A stretch of 64,000 nucleotides of DNA from the NCBI GenBank assembly GCA_016935435.1, contig JAFGQZ010000053.1:3558-67557 (forward strand), in the 5' to 3' direction. Below are positions 1-9,543 of this stretch, one piece after another. This stretch comes from Bacteroidales bacterium (lineage in GTDB: Bacteria; Bacteroidota; Bacteroidia; Bacteroidales; UBA10428). The position numbers were made by a program, and so were the translations under genes. The notes under the pieces are model-generated. The model saw nothing but the letters and a program-made list of their open reading frames with translations. It made no database searches and was not told the DNA's origin. How positions within the stretch are numbered: position 1 is the first letter of the stretch; every line of letters begins with the position of its first letter.

Positions 1-170
1 AACCGGTAAACAGATGCGCCAATTAAGGTTTGAACCTTAAAATTATACAGCCTGTGTTTTAACAGCTCATCGTTATAGGTTTGCTGTTCTATATATTCCA
101 AAGTTTCAATAGGGTATTGTAAATAATCGGCCTGGGCTTTGTACCGGTGGAAGTTTTCCATTAAAATCAT
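1..170 (-). CDS. hypothetical protein, N-terminal part only (gene continues past the left window edge)
   Basis: ATG at 168-170 on the minus strand opens MILMENFHRYKAQADYLQYPIETLEYIEQQTYNDELLKHRLYNFKVQTLIGASVYR with no stop before position 1. It is absent from the ORF track because fewer than 60 aa are visible. No motif recognised. Confidence 0.3.
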   Translation of the reverse strand, partial: MILMENFHRYKAQADYLQYPIETLEYIEQQTYNDELLKHRLYNFKVQTLIGASVYR

Positions 171-473
171 AGGTCAATAATGGTTTTGTTTTCTGTAATT
201 TGAAGCATTACTATTAAAGTTAATTAAAAGTTGGTAACTTTTAAACAGGTTTCTTGTGTTTTTGAAAAAAAATTACGATTATTTTAGGTTGTTGATTTTG
301 TGGGCATTACATGGGAAAAAGTTAAAAAACAGGATTTTTTACGGAAAAAAGTTTTGCCGGCTTACTCTTGCAAAAGTTGGCCAATACACTTTTGGTATAA
401 CATTTAAGTTGTATAAAATATATGAGTGCCTTAAAACAAATAGTTTTGCAGGTTATACAGTCAGCTTGGGCTT

Positions 474-1475
474 TCAGCCGATGGTATTTAAAATTTTATC
501 GAAAATACCTAAAACTTCTTTAAGTGTTTGTTGGCTCCTCAACTGCTGATTGGGCCTGTTTGCTGCTGTTTTCACATATTCTGCAATTTCACCGGCATTT
601 CTCGATTTAAACTGCCAGCCTCTTTCCTGCATTATGGTATCGACCGCAAGAAAAGTTTTGCCCGGGAAAAAGCTCACGGCAGGGCGCCCGAGCAAGGCAG
701 CCTCCCTGGCAAATGTTCCGGCACCGGTTAACATGGCTTTGGTGTAATAGCACACATCGAGGCCGTTAAGGGGGCCGCCGGGCATATAAATGTTCGAATG
801 CCCTTGGGCGTAAATGCGCTCGGATGCATAACGGGGCAAATACAAAATATTGTAGGCGCTTAGTGCTTCGAACAGTTCCGGAACAATGGTGGTACTGTTT
901 TTTGGCACATACGAGGCTTTCAGGTTTTCGGGTCTTATGGTAATATAATTATCGAACGGTAGCAGGGCAGGGAAGTTGTTGTCGGGCACATATCCGGCAA
1001 TATATATTTCTTCTTTAAAGCCATTGTATGTAAATATTTGTTGTTTTTTTATGCCATATCGTTTTTCGATGCGGCTGGTGTTAAAATATTCCGGAAGAAC
1101 AAAAAATGAACCGAATTTGTAGGCGGGGGCTTTAAACGAAATGTCGTTATCGCTCATAATAACCGAAGGCTTTTTACGCAACCTGCTAATGGTTGCAGTA
1201 TAATTTCCACCCAGGGAAAGGCTTAAATCGAATTCCGGAATTTTTTTGCGCAGCTCAAACATGCGGGTTACAAGCCCAAACACTTTTTTTACCCGGCTTT
1301 TGCCTTTGTAATTGCCAATAATTATTGGGCTAATATTGTTTTGCGATAAAAGGGGGATTGTTTCGCTAAAATCGCGGGCAGTTATAAATATTTCGTGTTC
1401 TTTCTGCAAATGCCCCAAAATTGGCAGTAACACGTGTACATGAGGAGTATTGGTAATATCAATCCAGATTTTCAC
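474..1475 (-). CDS. DUF354-like protein (GT-B / UDP-GlcNAc 2-epimerase-like fold), last gene of the glycan locus
   Basis: 333 aa ORF with a GTG start. The N-terminus MKIWIDITNTPHVHVLLPILGHLQKEHEIFITARD matches my recollection of DUF354 family N-termini. It sits in a polysaccharide locus. Confidence 0.55.
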   Translation of the reverse strand: MKIWIDITNTPHVHVLLPILGHLQKEHEIFITARDFSETIPLLSQNNISPIIIGNYKGKSRVKKVFGLVTRMFELRKKIPEFDLSLSLGGNYTATISRLRKKPSVIMSDNDISFKAPAYKFGSFFVLPEYFNTSRIEKRYGIKKQQIFTYNGFKEEIYIAGYVPDNNFPALLPFDNYITIRPENLKASYVPKNSTTIVPELFEALSAYNILYLPRYASERIYAQGHSNIYMPGGPLNGLDVCYYTKAMLTGAGTFAREAALLGRPAVSFFPGKTFLAVDTIMQERGWQFKSRNAGEIAEYVKTAANRPNQQLRSQQTLKEVLGIFDKILNTIG

Positions 1476-1594
1476 AAGAATGGAATTTAGTTTTTATTAT
1501 CCTGTAGCTTATTCTCCTGTTATGAACAGCTCACTCAGATGGTTGCAAGGCAGACAGATTGTTCGTTGGAGGCACCGGGCCGCATTTGGCAAAA

Positions 1595-2065
1595 TTAACC
1601 AAAACTCCGTATAACTTTTGCCGGCGAGCCAATTGCAACAGAGTACGGAGGAATGTCTTTCGTAACTACGGAACCGGCACCAATAACAGAACCTTCGCCT
1701 ATTGTAACGCCTGGCATAATAATAGCGCCAATGCCAATATGGGCGCCATCTTTAATAACCACTTTTTTATAAATCAGCTCATTGTCCATTACAGCTTTGT
1801 TTTTAGAATGGGTCGAGAGATCGCGCTGGTGGCACAATATCATAGTCCCGGCAGTAACCCATACCTTTTTGCCGATTTCAACCAAATCGGGCCTCGAATC
1901 GTCTATCTGCACTGTACGGTTAATTTTCGACCCTTTTCCGATTTTAACCCCGCGCATGCGGTGCACACACACTGTTACCTGTGCCGGAAACGTAAACTGG
2001 GCCAAAATGGACAGCGAGCGAATCCAAATGCCTTTTATTATTGAAGTAACGGTGCGTTTAGCCAT
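1595..2065 (-). CDS. left-handed beta-helix (hexapeptide repeat) O-acetyltransferase
   Basis: 156 aa. Hexapeptide repeats IKDGAHIGIGAIIMPGVTIGEGSVIGAGSVVTKDIPPYSVAIGSPAKV are typical of the WbbJ/maltose O-acetyltransferase class. Confidence 0.85.
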   Translation of the reverse strand: MAKRTVTSIIKGIWIRSLSILAQFTFPAQVTVCVHRMRGVKIGKGSKINRTVQIDDSRPDLVEIGKKVWVTAGTMILCHQRDLSTHSKNKAVMDNELIYKKVVIKDGAHIGIGAIIMPGVTIGEGSVIGAGSVVTKDIPPYSVAIGSPAKVIRSFG

Positions 2066-2115
2066 TTAATTCTATTTGTAAAGGTTTATCCATAAAACTC
2101 ATCAGTGTAAAATAA

Positions 2116-3462
2116 TCATGTAATAAAATATTGTCGTTTTCCATTTTCTAATGGTTCAAATGAATTTACATAAATAATTTCAACTTCTACTTCATTGCCA
2201 ACATGTTTTTTCATGGTTTTTAGCAGGTAAGCGCATTCATTATCTGAAAATTCGGGCTTAGGTTGTATTTCAAGGCGTATTTTCAGGCCGTTAACTTTTG
2301 TCATTTTAAAAGCGAGTACATTAAAATCCCTAATCATAATTGAAAAACCTGTCGATGTAAGGTTATGTCCATTATCGAGCCTCATTACTTCTGAAGTCCG
2401 GCCTACAACTCTCGATATAAGCTGTCCGTTATATCCTGCCTGGTGTGTGTGGGCTAAACAAACATCGTCGCCTAAACGGTAGCGTATTAAGGGGAAAGAA
2501 TAATTTAGAATATTGGTTACAAGAAGGGTTCCGGTATTTTCGGCATAAGGGTTTTCAATTTCGGCAAGGGCATTATATCCTACATGGTAACTCCCAGGGG
2601 ATATTTCATAGGCAGTAATGCCGGCATCGCGGGCGCCATAGCAATCCATCACCGGGCAGTTGTAGGTTTTCTCCATTAATGCACGGTATTGTGGGGTTAA
2701 TACTTCTGAAGTTGTAAAAACCCCTTTAATGCCGGGCATTTTAATTTTTCGGTCAGAAATATATTTTGTTAAAAGATAAATTGACGCTGCATATCCATAT
2801 ATATACTTTACCTTTCTTTTATTTATAAGGTTGACATAATTTTCGGCCACTTCATCGGAAATGTTCATGCCATTGAGTGGTATTCCGTTCCGGATAAAAA
2901 AATAGATGATATGCTTCCACGACTTTTTGTGGGTTGGAAACAAAGAACTGCTCCCGATTGTAACAAATTTCTCTCCATATTTATATCCGGCGGTTTTCCA
3001 CGCATATATCTTTGCAGCAGTAATATAACCCCATGTGTCCTCGTCGTAAAGGTAATGAAGCGGCATGCCTGTTGTGCCCCCTGTGCGCCCTTTCTTGTGG
3101 GGTATTTTTTTAATATTTGCAGGGATTAGGGCACCGTAATTTTCGCGGATAATATTTTTATCGATTGGCGGTATTTTTGTCAAATCTTCCAGGCTCGAAA
3201 TATCTTCGGGTTTTAGCGAAAGCTGGTTGAAGAGTTGGTGGTAATAAGGTGTATTATTATAGGCATGTAAAATAAACTGTTGCAGTTTTTTTGTTTGCCA
3301 AGCCTTTCTTTGTTCCCCGCTCATGGAATTCATTACAGTAATCTGCCTTAACCAATATGTAATTTTTGTTCCGGTTGTTAAATCGATTATTGGCAAGATA
3401 ATTTTCAGTAGGAAAAATTCTTTTAAGCTACTTCCCATATAGAACAGTTTTGTATATATCAA
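2116..3462 (-). CDS. CapK-like adenylate-forming enzyme (phenylacetate-CoA ligase / coenzyme F390 synthetase family)
   Basis: 448 aa. Motif KKGRTGGTTGMPLHY resembles the PaaK-type AMP-binding loop SSGTTGKP. Size and polysaccharide context fit COG1541 CapK-like proteins. An alternative ATG at 3438 would cut the overlap with the upstream gene to 11 nt. Confidence 0.7.
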   Translation of the reverse strand: MIYTKLFYMGSSLKEFFLLKIILPIIDLTTGTKITYWLRQITVMNSMSGEQRKAWQTKKLQQFILHAYNNTPYYHQLFNQLSLKPEDISSLEDLTKIPPIDKNIIRENYGALIPANIKKIPHKKGRTGGTTGMPLHYLYDEDTWGYITAAKIYAWKTAGYKYGEKFVTIGSSSLFPTHKKSWKHIIYFFIRNGIPLNGMNISDEVAENYVNLINKRKVKYIYGYAASIYLLTKYISDRKIKMPGIKGVFTTSEVLTPQYRALMEKTYNCPVMDCYGARDAGITAYEISPGSYHVGYNALAEIENPYAENTGTLLVTNILNYSFPLIRYRLGDDVCLAHTHQAGYNGQLISRVVGRTSEVMRLDNGHNLTSTGFSIMIRDFNVLAFKMTKVNGLKIRLEIQPKPEFSDNECAYLLKTMKKHVGNEVEVEIIYVNSFEPLENGKRQYFIT

Positions 3463-4351
3463 TTAGTTTATTCGCAACACTTTCGCTATCGAGGTTTAGC
3501 GAAAGCAGTTTTTCCCTTCCGTTAGTGGGTTTTTCGAATGACAGGGCTTGTTTGAGTAGGCCTGCAATTTCCGGGGCATTATAAGAACTGGCAACGAAAC
3601 ATCCTTCAACATTGTCTAAAAGCCACTCAACATCGCCAACTTTTGTGGAAACAATTGGCAACCTGCATGCCAGGGCTTCTTTAATTACATTTGGAGAACC
3701 TTCTGAAAGAGATGTTAGTATGAGTGCATCGGCTGCTGCCATGTATTCAAGGGCATCGGTGTGTTGTTTGTTATAAACAGTTAACAATTCTGTGCTGTTG
3801 CCTAACAGGCTTACAGCTTCCCTGGCAAGGGGGTAGTTTTTTATTGTCCTGTCAGGGTTGGCAACGAAAACAATATATTTCCTCTCGGGCATAAAGTTTA
3901 GTTTCTGTCGTAGTATTTGTTTGTTTAAGTGGGCAAATTGTTTTATGTCGAGTCCGTTTGGCAGCACTATTGTTTTTTTGTTTCGCAGGTTTTTGGCGGC
4001 ACTTTCCGACTTGACAATTGTTTTAGCCCACATATATTTTATAAAAAACCTAACCACAACATATCGCAGGTTCTTTTTATTAAAGGCGCCCATAAGCGAT
4101 ACCACTACTGGTTTTTTTGTTGACAGGGCTGTCAATATTCCGGATAAAGAATAATGGGCATGGATAATATTGTATTGATTTTTTTTAATAGTTTTTTTTA
4201 AAGGGAAGAAATTTTTCAGGTAAGGCCCCTTAATTGGATAAATGTCAACCTCCACGCCTTTTTCAATAAGCGATTTTGCCTGGTTTATTATAATAGGCGA
4301 TACATTTTTATTTTCTTTCTCCCTTCCAACAAATAAAACTTTTAGTGCCAT
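3428..4351 (-). CDS. glycosyltransferase, GT-B fold (GT4-like)
   Basis: 307 aa. The N-terminus MALKVLFVGREKENKN...IIHAHYSLSG and C-terminal LTSLSEGSPNVIKEALACRLPIVSTKVGD (E-x7-E type region) are typical of the Glycos_transf_1 family. Confidence 0.8.
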   Translation of the reverse strand: MALKVLFVGREKENKNVSPIIINQAKSLIEKGVEVDIYPIKGPYLKNFFPLKKTIKKNQYNIIHAHYSLSGILTALSTKKPVVVSLMGAFNKKNLRYVVVRFFIKYMWAKTIVKSESAAKNLRNKKTIVLPNGLDIKQFAHLNKQILRQKLNFMPERKYIVFVANPDRTIKNYPLAREAVSLLGNSTELLTVYNKQHTDALEYMAAADALILTSLSEGSPNVIKEALACRLPIVSTKVGDVEWLLDNVEGCFVASSYNAPEIAGLLKQALSFEKPTNGREKLLSLNLDSESVANKLIDIYKTVLYGK

Positions 4352-4359
4352 AATATTGT

Positions 4360-5769
4360 CTAAATTACTCCCCTGCCAGCCAGTTTAAACCAAGTCCATG
4401 CAACAAGGGCAATGAACATAAAAACCATCCAAAGGTTAATCCATACCTTGTGCCTGTTTTCGAGTTGTACAACGCCATAAGCCGCAAGCACCATTTCTAA
4501 CGGAATTGCCGGAACGTGGAACCGCTCGGAATGTGCAAAAGCACTAAAGGTTAAAATGGCCAGGTACGAGGTTAAAAACGAAAGTATAAGCACATGGTCG
4601 CGCCATTGCTTGCGTACAAGCAATAATAACAAAGCCAGCAGGGTGAAGAAGGACATGATGTTTTTAACAAAAACGCCCCCATGCAGCATCCTGAATGTTT
4701 CCTGGTTGGGGGTTTCAACCATAGTAGGGAAGGGCAGGGTAAATATCATGGGGGCGAAAATGCTGGCCCCGGCATACCTGGCGAATACATTTCCTTTTTT
4801 TGCCCTGTCTTCGAGCCTCACACGTTGGTTTGTGTCTTTGTTTTTCCAGAGTTCTTCGACCTCCATTGCAATTGTCCCTCCTGCAAATACGCCAATTGTT
4901 AAAACAATCCAAAATCCAATTAGCACCCTTCGTCCTTTTTTTATTGCTTTTTCTGAGGCAATAAATATGGCCGTTATCAACGAAAAAACTGCAACAATGC
5001 CCAGGGCAGTGCGAAAAAGGAAGAGCAAGCCAGCAAAAAGAAAAGCTGCAATGATGTTATGGACAGCATAAGACCTGGAGCGCAACAGGTAATCGGTTCT
5101 TTCTAAAAAGGCCATTGAAATAAAAACCAATTCGGTTTCTTTTAAATGCAAACCGCAATACATAATAAGGTTTGGCATAAGCATGGTAAACACAGCGGCA
5201 ATACGGCCAGTATCCTGTCCGAAGTTACGGGCTGCAAGTTTATAGGCAAGCACACAGGTATAGGCGCTTAGCAGTGCTTTCACCACACGGGCCAAAAATA
5301 TGCTCTTGTTGGTTGCCAGGTACTGAATGCCCAGGAAAAACGGGTAACCCATGTCCGAAACCCCGTTTTTTTTCTCGATATACTCGAAATACCTATGGAG
5401 CATGTTGTGGCGGATAAGATCAACAATCCACGATGCTTCGTTATTATAGCCCATGGAGTCGGCGGCGGCATATTCAAAGGGCATGCCGGTCATTGCGTTA
5501 AAGAAATAATACGAAAACACAACAAAAGCAACCCTCAAGACTAATGCCGACAAAAACAGTTTTCTGACAAATTCTTTTTCGGGCTTATCCCTCCATGTAT
5601 AAGTAAGCCTTGGGCCAAAAACAAAAAAAACAAGCACAGCAACTGCCCCAAAAAGTACCCAATGGAGCAACATTGCATAATTATAAAAAAACACACTAAC
5701 AACCAGCAATACAATAAAATATAGTGTAATTGCCCTGTTTGCCGGTATTCTGGGAAAATAGTCTAACAC
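4360..5769 (-). CDS. polytopic inner-membrane protein (possible GT-C-fold transferase or Wzy/WaaL-like protein)
   Basis: 469 aa with a GTG start. Many hydrophobic helices are visible by eye (AITLYFIVLLVVSVFFYNYAMLLHWVLFGAVAVLVFFVF, FLFAGLLFLFRTALGIVAVFSLITAIFIA, FFTLLALLLLLV, WMVFMFIALVAWTWF). No soluble-domain motif recognised. Confidence 0.4.
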   Translation of the reverse strand: MLDYFPRIPANRAITLYFIVLLVVSVFFYNYAMLLHWVLFGAVAVLVFFVFGPRLTYTWRDKPEKEFVRKLFLSALVLRVAFVVFSYYFFNAMTGMPFEYAAADSMGYNNEASWIVDLIRHNMLHRYFEYIEKKNGVSDMGYPFFLGIQYLATNKSIFLARVVKALLSAYTCVLAYKLAARNFGQDTGRIAAVFTMLMPNLIMYCGLHLKETELVFISMAFLERTDYLLRSRSYAVHNIIAAFLFAGLLFLFRTALGIVAVFSLITAIFIASEKAIKKGRRVLIGFWIVLTIGVFAGGTIAMEVEELWKNKDTNQRVRLEDRAKKGNVFARYAGASIFAPMIFTLPFPTMVETPNQETFRMLHGGVFVKNIMSFFTLLALLLLLVRKQWRDHVLILSFLTSYLAILTFSAFAHSERFHVPAIPLEMVLAAYGVVQLENRHKVWINLWMVFMFIALVAWTWFKLAGRGVI

Positions 5770-5788
5770 AACATGATGTATTTTAGGG

Positions 5789-6496
5789 TTATGCAGCCTT
5801 TTTTAAAACTAATATAACTTCGGCACCAAAACAAGAAATAAAACTATTTTGATAGCTGTACCTTAACAGCTTTAATTTTATTTTATCGTTAAAAAAACTA
5901 AAGAACGGCGACACAGGCCAGTGTTTGATTAATCTTTCAATCTTCAGTTTGTTGTCGGATATTATTTTTTTTATTTCCGGGAGCGTGTTTTTATTGGTGT
6001 TGTAATTGTAGTTTCTTTTATGTCTCAGTTTACTTTTAAAATGGTTGATACGCGATATGGGCATTGAACTATCGGTGAACTGAATAATTGCAATACCGGT
6101 TTCATCCATTATGGAACAAATTTTTTCGATTAGCCGGTTAACGTCATTAATGTGGGCAATAAGGCCGAGGCATACAACCAAATCGAATTTCTCCATAAAA
6201 TTTAGCGTTAGTATATCGCCTTTAATTAAGCTTACATTGTGTTTGTTCAACTGGCTGTTTTTCGATATTATTTCGAGCAGTTTTGAGGAAATATCGACAT
6301 AAGTAACCTTGTTTGTGTTCAAAAAAGAACTGGTTATATTGCCATTGCCGCTTCCAATGTCAATTATATTTTTATTGTTCAAATTTCCGGCAATACTTTC
6401 AACAATTTCTTTGCGCAACTTAATAACCGGGTTGTTGTTGAGGTAATAATCTTGTTGTTTGTCGAAATATTGTTCAACTTTAGGCGCTTTGTCCAT
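5789..6496 (-). CDS. class I SAM-dependent methyltransferase
   Basis: 235 aa. SAM motif I IIDIGSGNGNIT is followed by DLVVCLGLIAHI. Strongly AT-rich gene. Confidence 0.8.
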   Translation of the reverse strand: MDKAPKVEQYFDKQQDYYLNNNPVIKLRKEIVESIAGNLNNKNIIDIGSGNGNITSSFLNTNKVTYVDISSKLLEIISKNSQLNKHNVSLIKGDILTLNFMEKFDLVVCLGLIAHINDVNRLIEKICSIMDETGIAIIQFTDSSMPISRINHFKSKLRHKRNYNYNTNKNTLPEIKKIISDNKLKIERLIKHWPVSPFFSFFNDKIKLKLLRYSYQNSFISCFGAEVILVLKKAA

Positions 6497-6511
6497 AATA
6501 ATTTGAGGGTT

Positions 6512-7603
6512 TTAAAGGGTTTTATATAATTCAACAAGGTTTTCCAGATGTTTGTTAATAGAATATCGATGGTTAACAACTTCAGAAGCCTGTTTTGCCC
6601 TTGATAAATAAGTATTTTTGTTTTTCAGAAAATCGATAAATAGAACTAAAAGGCTTTTAACATTTCCTGTTTCGTATATGTTTGCCAGGGTACCATTATC
6701 GGTAATTTCAAGCATTACTTCGTTGTTGTTAACAAATACCGGTACTTTACAGGCCATAGCCTCAATTATGGCAATACCAAAGGTGTCGGTGCGTGTGGCA
6801 TAAAAAAATGCGTCGAGTTGTGGCAAAATCGATGGTACATCGTTTCTGTGCCCAAGAAATATTACCTGTGCACCGGGCAGGTTGTTCTGGCAATAATTTG
6901 TGCATTCTTCTAAAATTTGCGGTTCTGCAATTGAAGCTGAACCTATAAATAAATGAACAAACTTAATGTTGGCCTCAAGCAGTTCTTTCAGAAATTTACA
7001 AACAAAAAGATGGTCCCTTACCGGGGTAAAATTGCCGACTGAACCGGTAAGCAATGTATTATCAGGGATACACAACTCTTCCCTTATTGAATGTTTTTGC
7101 CTGAATTTATCGAGATTTATGCCGTTGTAGATTACCTGCTGCCTGAAATTTATGTTGTTGTGTTTCTGAAAATAGCCCAGTTGCGAGTTGCTGACAAAAA
7201 CATTCTTATGGTTGTATTTTAAAACTGTTTTACGAAGAAGCTGCATCAGAAGAGGTTTGTTAAGTTCGTGCCCATGGAAGGTAAGTACCGACCTGCGGTG
7301 CGAAAATAAACAGCAAAGCATGCCAATTGCTCCATCGATGAGTTGGTGGGAATGAACAATGTTTACCTTGTTTCTTTTCAGAAACCTGCGCAGGCGAAAT
7401 ATATACATCACATCGAATTTCCCGCCGGGTTCAATTTTAATCATTCTAACACCGCAGTTGGTAAAATTTTCAGACAGGTTACCTTCTTTACGGTATATTC
7501 CAATAAAGTTCAGTTTGTTTTGCCCCGATTTGAATATGTCGAGCACAAGCGTTTCTGCACCGCCACGGTTTAAAGCCCCCAGTAAGAATGCCGTTGTAAT
7601 CAT
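6512..7603 (-). CDS. glycosyltransferase, GT-B fold (GT4-like)
   Basis: 363 aa. GGAETLVLDI near the N-terminus and FGIAIIEAMACKVPVFVNN in the C-terminal half are typical of Glycos_transf_1. Confidence 0.8.
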   Translation of the reverse strand: MITTAFLLGALNRGGAETLVLDIFKSGQNKLNFIGIYRKEGNLSENFTNCGVRMIKIEPGGKFDVMYIFRLRRFLKRNKVNIVHSHQLIDGAIGMLCCLFSHRRSVLTFHGHELNKPLLMQLLRKTVLKYNHKNVFVSNSQLGYFQKHNNINFRQQVIYNGINLDKFRQKHSIREELCIPDNTLLTGSVGNFTPVRDHLFVCKFLKELLEANIKFVHLFIGSASIAEPQILEECTNYCQNNLPGAQVIFLGHRNDVPSILPQLDAFFYATRTDTFGIAIIEAMACKVPVFVNNNEVMLEITDNGTLANIYETGNVKSLLVLFIDFLKNKNTYLSRAKQASEVVNHRYSINKHLENLVELYKTL

Positions 7604-7605
7604 TT

Positions 7606-8574
7606 CTATTTCAGGAAAAAATAAAGTTCAGCACTAATTTTAATTAAATAATAATCGCGTTTTTGTTTCAGGGTAAACTGGTATTTTCCCATATTTTGGA
7701 AATATTTCCTGACTTTGCCAATTATTTCTTTTTTTCTGTGGGGGGCATTTTTTTTTGTGTATCCAAGAAGGCTGATTATGGTAAGTGTTATCATTGACCT
7801 GCACCACTTGTTTATTTTTTTATTTGCCAGGTTTGCAGGCCATGCCGACAGGAAACCGAGAATGTATAATTTATCGTCGATAACCTTATTTTTTTTGCTT
7901 TCCGAAACGCTTTTGGTAATGGAGCCTGTGCGGCGTAAATAATAATATACCTCGGTGTCGGCCGAACAAATACGGTTTATATTATGCAATACCCGTGGTA
8001 GCCATTCCACATCTTCATAAAAAATATCTTCGTTGAAAAACAGCGAGTTTTTCTGAAGAATTTCCGTTTTGAATAAATAAAGAATTACAAAACAAGCCCA
8101 ACCTAGTTTGTCCGTAAGGAAAACATCGCCGGTAACAATGGCATTGTCATACTTTATGCTGTGCAACATGTTCCTGGTTTTTTGAATTACACGGTAGTTT
8201 TCATCAACCGATTGGTAATTATAGCGCAAGGCATCGAGCTGGCTGTTTTCCATTGTTTCTAAAAGTGGCAAAAGGCTGTTTTCTTTTATATAATCGTCGG
8301 AATCGACAAAGCAGAGGTATTTGCCCACAGAATTTTTTATGCCTGTATTTCTTGCGCCGCCCAGGCCACGGTTCTTTTGCGAAATAATTTTTATGTTGGG
8401 GTATTTAAGCTGGTAACTTTCGGCTATTTGCAGGCTTTTATCGGTCGATTCATCATTTATAACAATTATTTCATATTCATTTGCCGGAATATTTTGGTTA
8501 ACCAGCGAATCGAGGCATTTGGCCAGATAGCCTTCGACATTGTAAACGGGAACTATAATGCTTAATAATATCAT
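7606..8574 (-). CDS. glycosyltransferase family 2
   Basis: 322 aa. LSIIVPVYNVEGYLAKCLDSLVNQ, VINDESTD and FVDSDD (DxD) form a classic GT2 signature. Confidence 0.9.
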   Translation of the reverse strand: MILLSIIVPVYNVEGYLAKCLDSLVNQNIPANEYEIIVINDESTDKSLQIAESYQLKYPNIKIISQKNRGLGGARNTGIKNSVGKYLCFVDSDDYIKENSLLPLLETMENSQLDALRYNYQSVDENYRVIQKTRNMLHSIKYDNAIVTGDVFLTDKLGWACFVILYLFKTEILQKNSLFFNEDIFYEDVEWLPRVLHNINRICSADTEVYYYLRRTGSITKSVSESKKNKVIDDKLYILGFLSAWPANLANKKINKWCRSMITLTIISLLGYTKKNAPHRKKEIIGKVRKYFQNMGKYQFTLKQKRDYYLIKISAELYFFLK

Positions 8575-8583
8575 AATAGGGCA

Positions 8584-9426
8584 CTAATAAACCTGGGTTT
8601 CTTTTTTTATGCTGCTTTTAATTTTTTCGTACCTGAACAAAAAGCGTTCGATTGCCCACATTATAAGTTTTGTTGCCGGGTAGCGTTGCAGCCTTTGCCA
8701 ACGGGTAACAGCTGAGGCAAATTGTTTATAATCGTTTAAAACAAACCCAGGCAATAGGGCATTAAGTACTCCGTTTCTTTCGGTTAAACATAAACCGTAA
8801 TTTTGATTGCTCTCTCCGTTCATATCGAAACAAACAATGTCTGTATCGATATATTTTATTTTTTCGCCACCAATAACAATTGCCTCTAAAAACCATTTCC
8901 AGTCAGCAACCAGCCTGAGCTTTTCGTCGTAAACCCCATATTTTTCAAACAGATCCTTTTTAATTATCGTTGGGGCATGGTTTAATGTACCTTTATAAAA
9001 ATCGAACATTGACGGTTTTCTTCCGGCAAAGCCTTTGTCCCTGACTTTACGGCCGGCAAACAACTTAACCATATTTCCATAATATACGCTATGTTGGCCA
9101 TCGCCAGCGGCTAAGAAATTTTCAAGTGTGTGTGTGCCTGTAAGGTAATCGCCCGAATTTAAAAATTGGACATAATCGCCATTGGCCATTTTCAAGCCTT
9201 TGTTCATGGCATGGTATATTCCGTTGTCGGGCTCACTAACCCATTTTATCGATAGGCCAGGGTTTTCTGCACCAATAAGCTCAATATACTCTTTACTGCC
9301 ATCAGTGCTGCCCCCATCGACAAGTATATATTCGAATGGTTGCAGCACCTGCGACAAGACACTTTCAATGGTTTTCTTTAACCCGTATAGGTTGTTGTAA
9401 TTTATGGTTATTACTGAAAGTTTCAC
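8584..9426 (-). CDS. glycosyltransferase family 2 (paralog of 11773..12636)
   Basis: 280 aa with a GTG start. Motifs LSVITINYNNLYGLKKTIESVLSQ, VDGGSTDGS and FLNSGD. It aligns by eye along its N-terminal 100 aa with the 11773..12636 product. Confidence 0.85.
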   Translation of the reverse strand: MKLSVITINYNNLYGLKKTIESVLSQVLQPFEYILVDGGSTDGSKEYIELIGAENPGLSIKWVSEPDNGIYHAMNKGLKMANGDYVQFLNSGDYLTGTHTLENFLAAGDGQHSVYYGNMVKLFAGRKVRDKGFAGRKPSMFDFYKGTLNHAPTIIKKDLFEKYGVYDEKLRLVADWKWFLEAIVIGGEKIKYIDTDIVCFDMNGESNQNYGLCLTERNGVLNALLPGFVLNDYKQFASAVTRWQRLQRYPATKLIMWAIERFLFRYEKIKSSIKKETQVY

Positions 9427-9543
9427 TTGAACAGAAATATGTTAAACATTTGAATTTATATTATTAACCGCCAATTATTGTTTTTATGTTTGAAACATTG
9501 TCCGATAACCAGATATTTTGTGGTTTTTAATCGGACAACCCTG

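Noticed and set aside
1559-2044. Long plus-strand ORFs antisense to well-supported minus-strand genes. Examples: 1559-2044, 4556-5071, 21299-21772, 31424-31957, 33066-33500, 35479-35982, 43024-43503, 46210-46680 and 56865-57245. The equivalent minus-strand ORFs inside plus-strand genes behave the same way (27100-28437, 53155-53553).
   Set aside because: Each lies wholly inside a longer ORF on the other strand that carries clear family motifs. Their translations are low-complexity, Cys/Arg/Ser-rich, and contain no recognisable motif. These are typical shadow ORFs.
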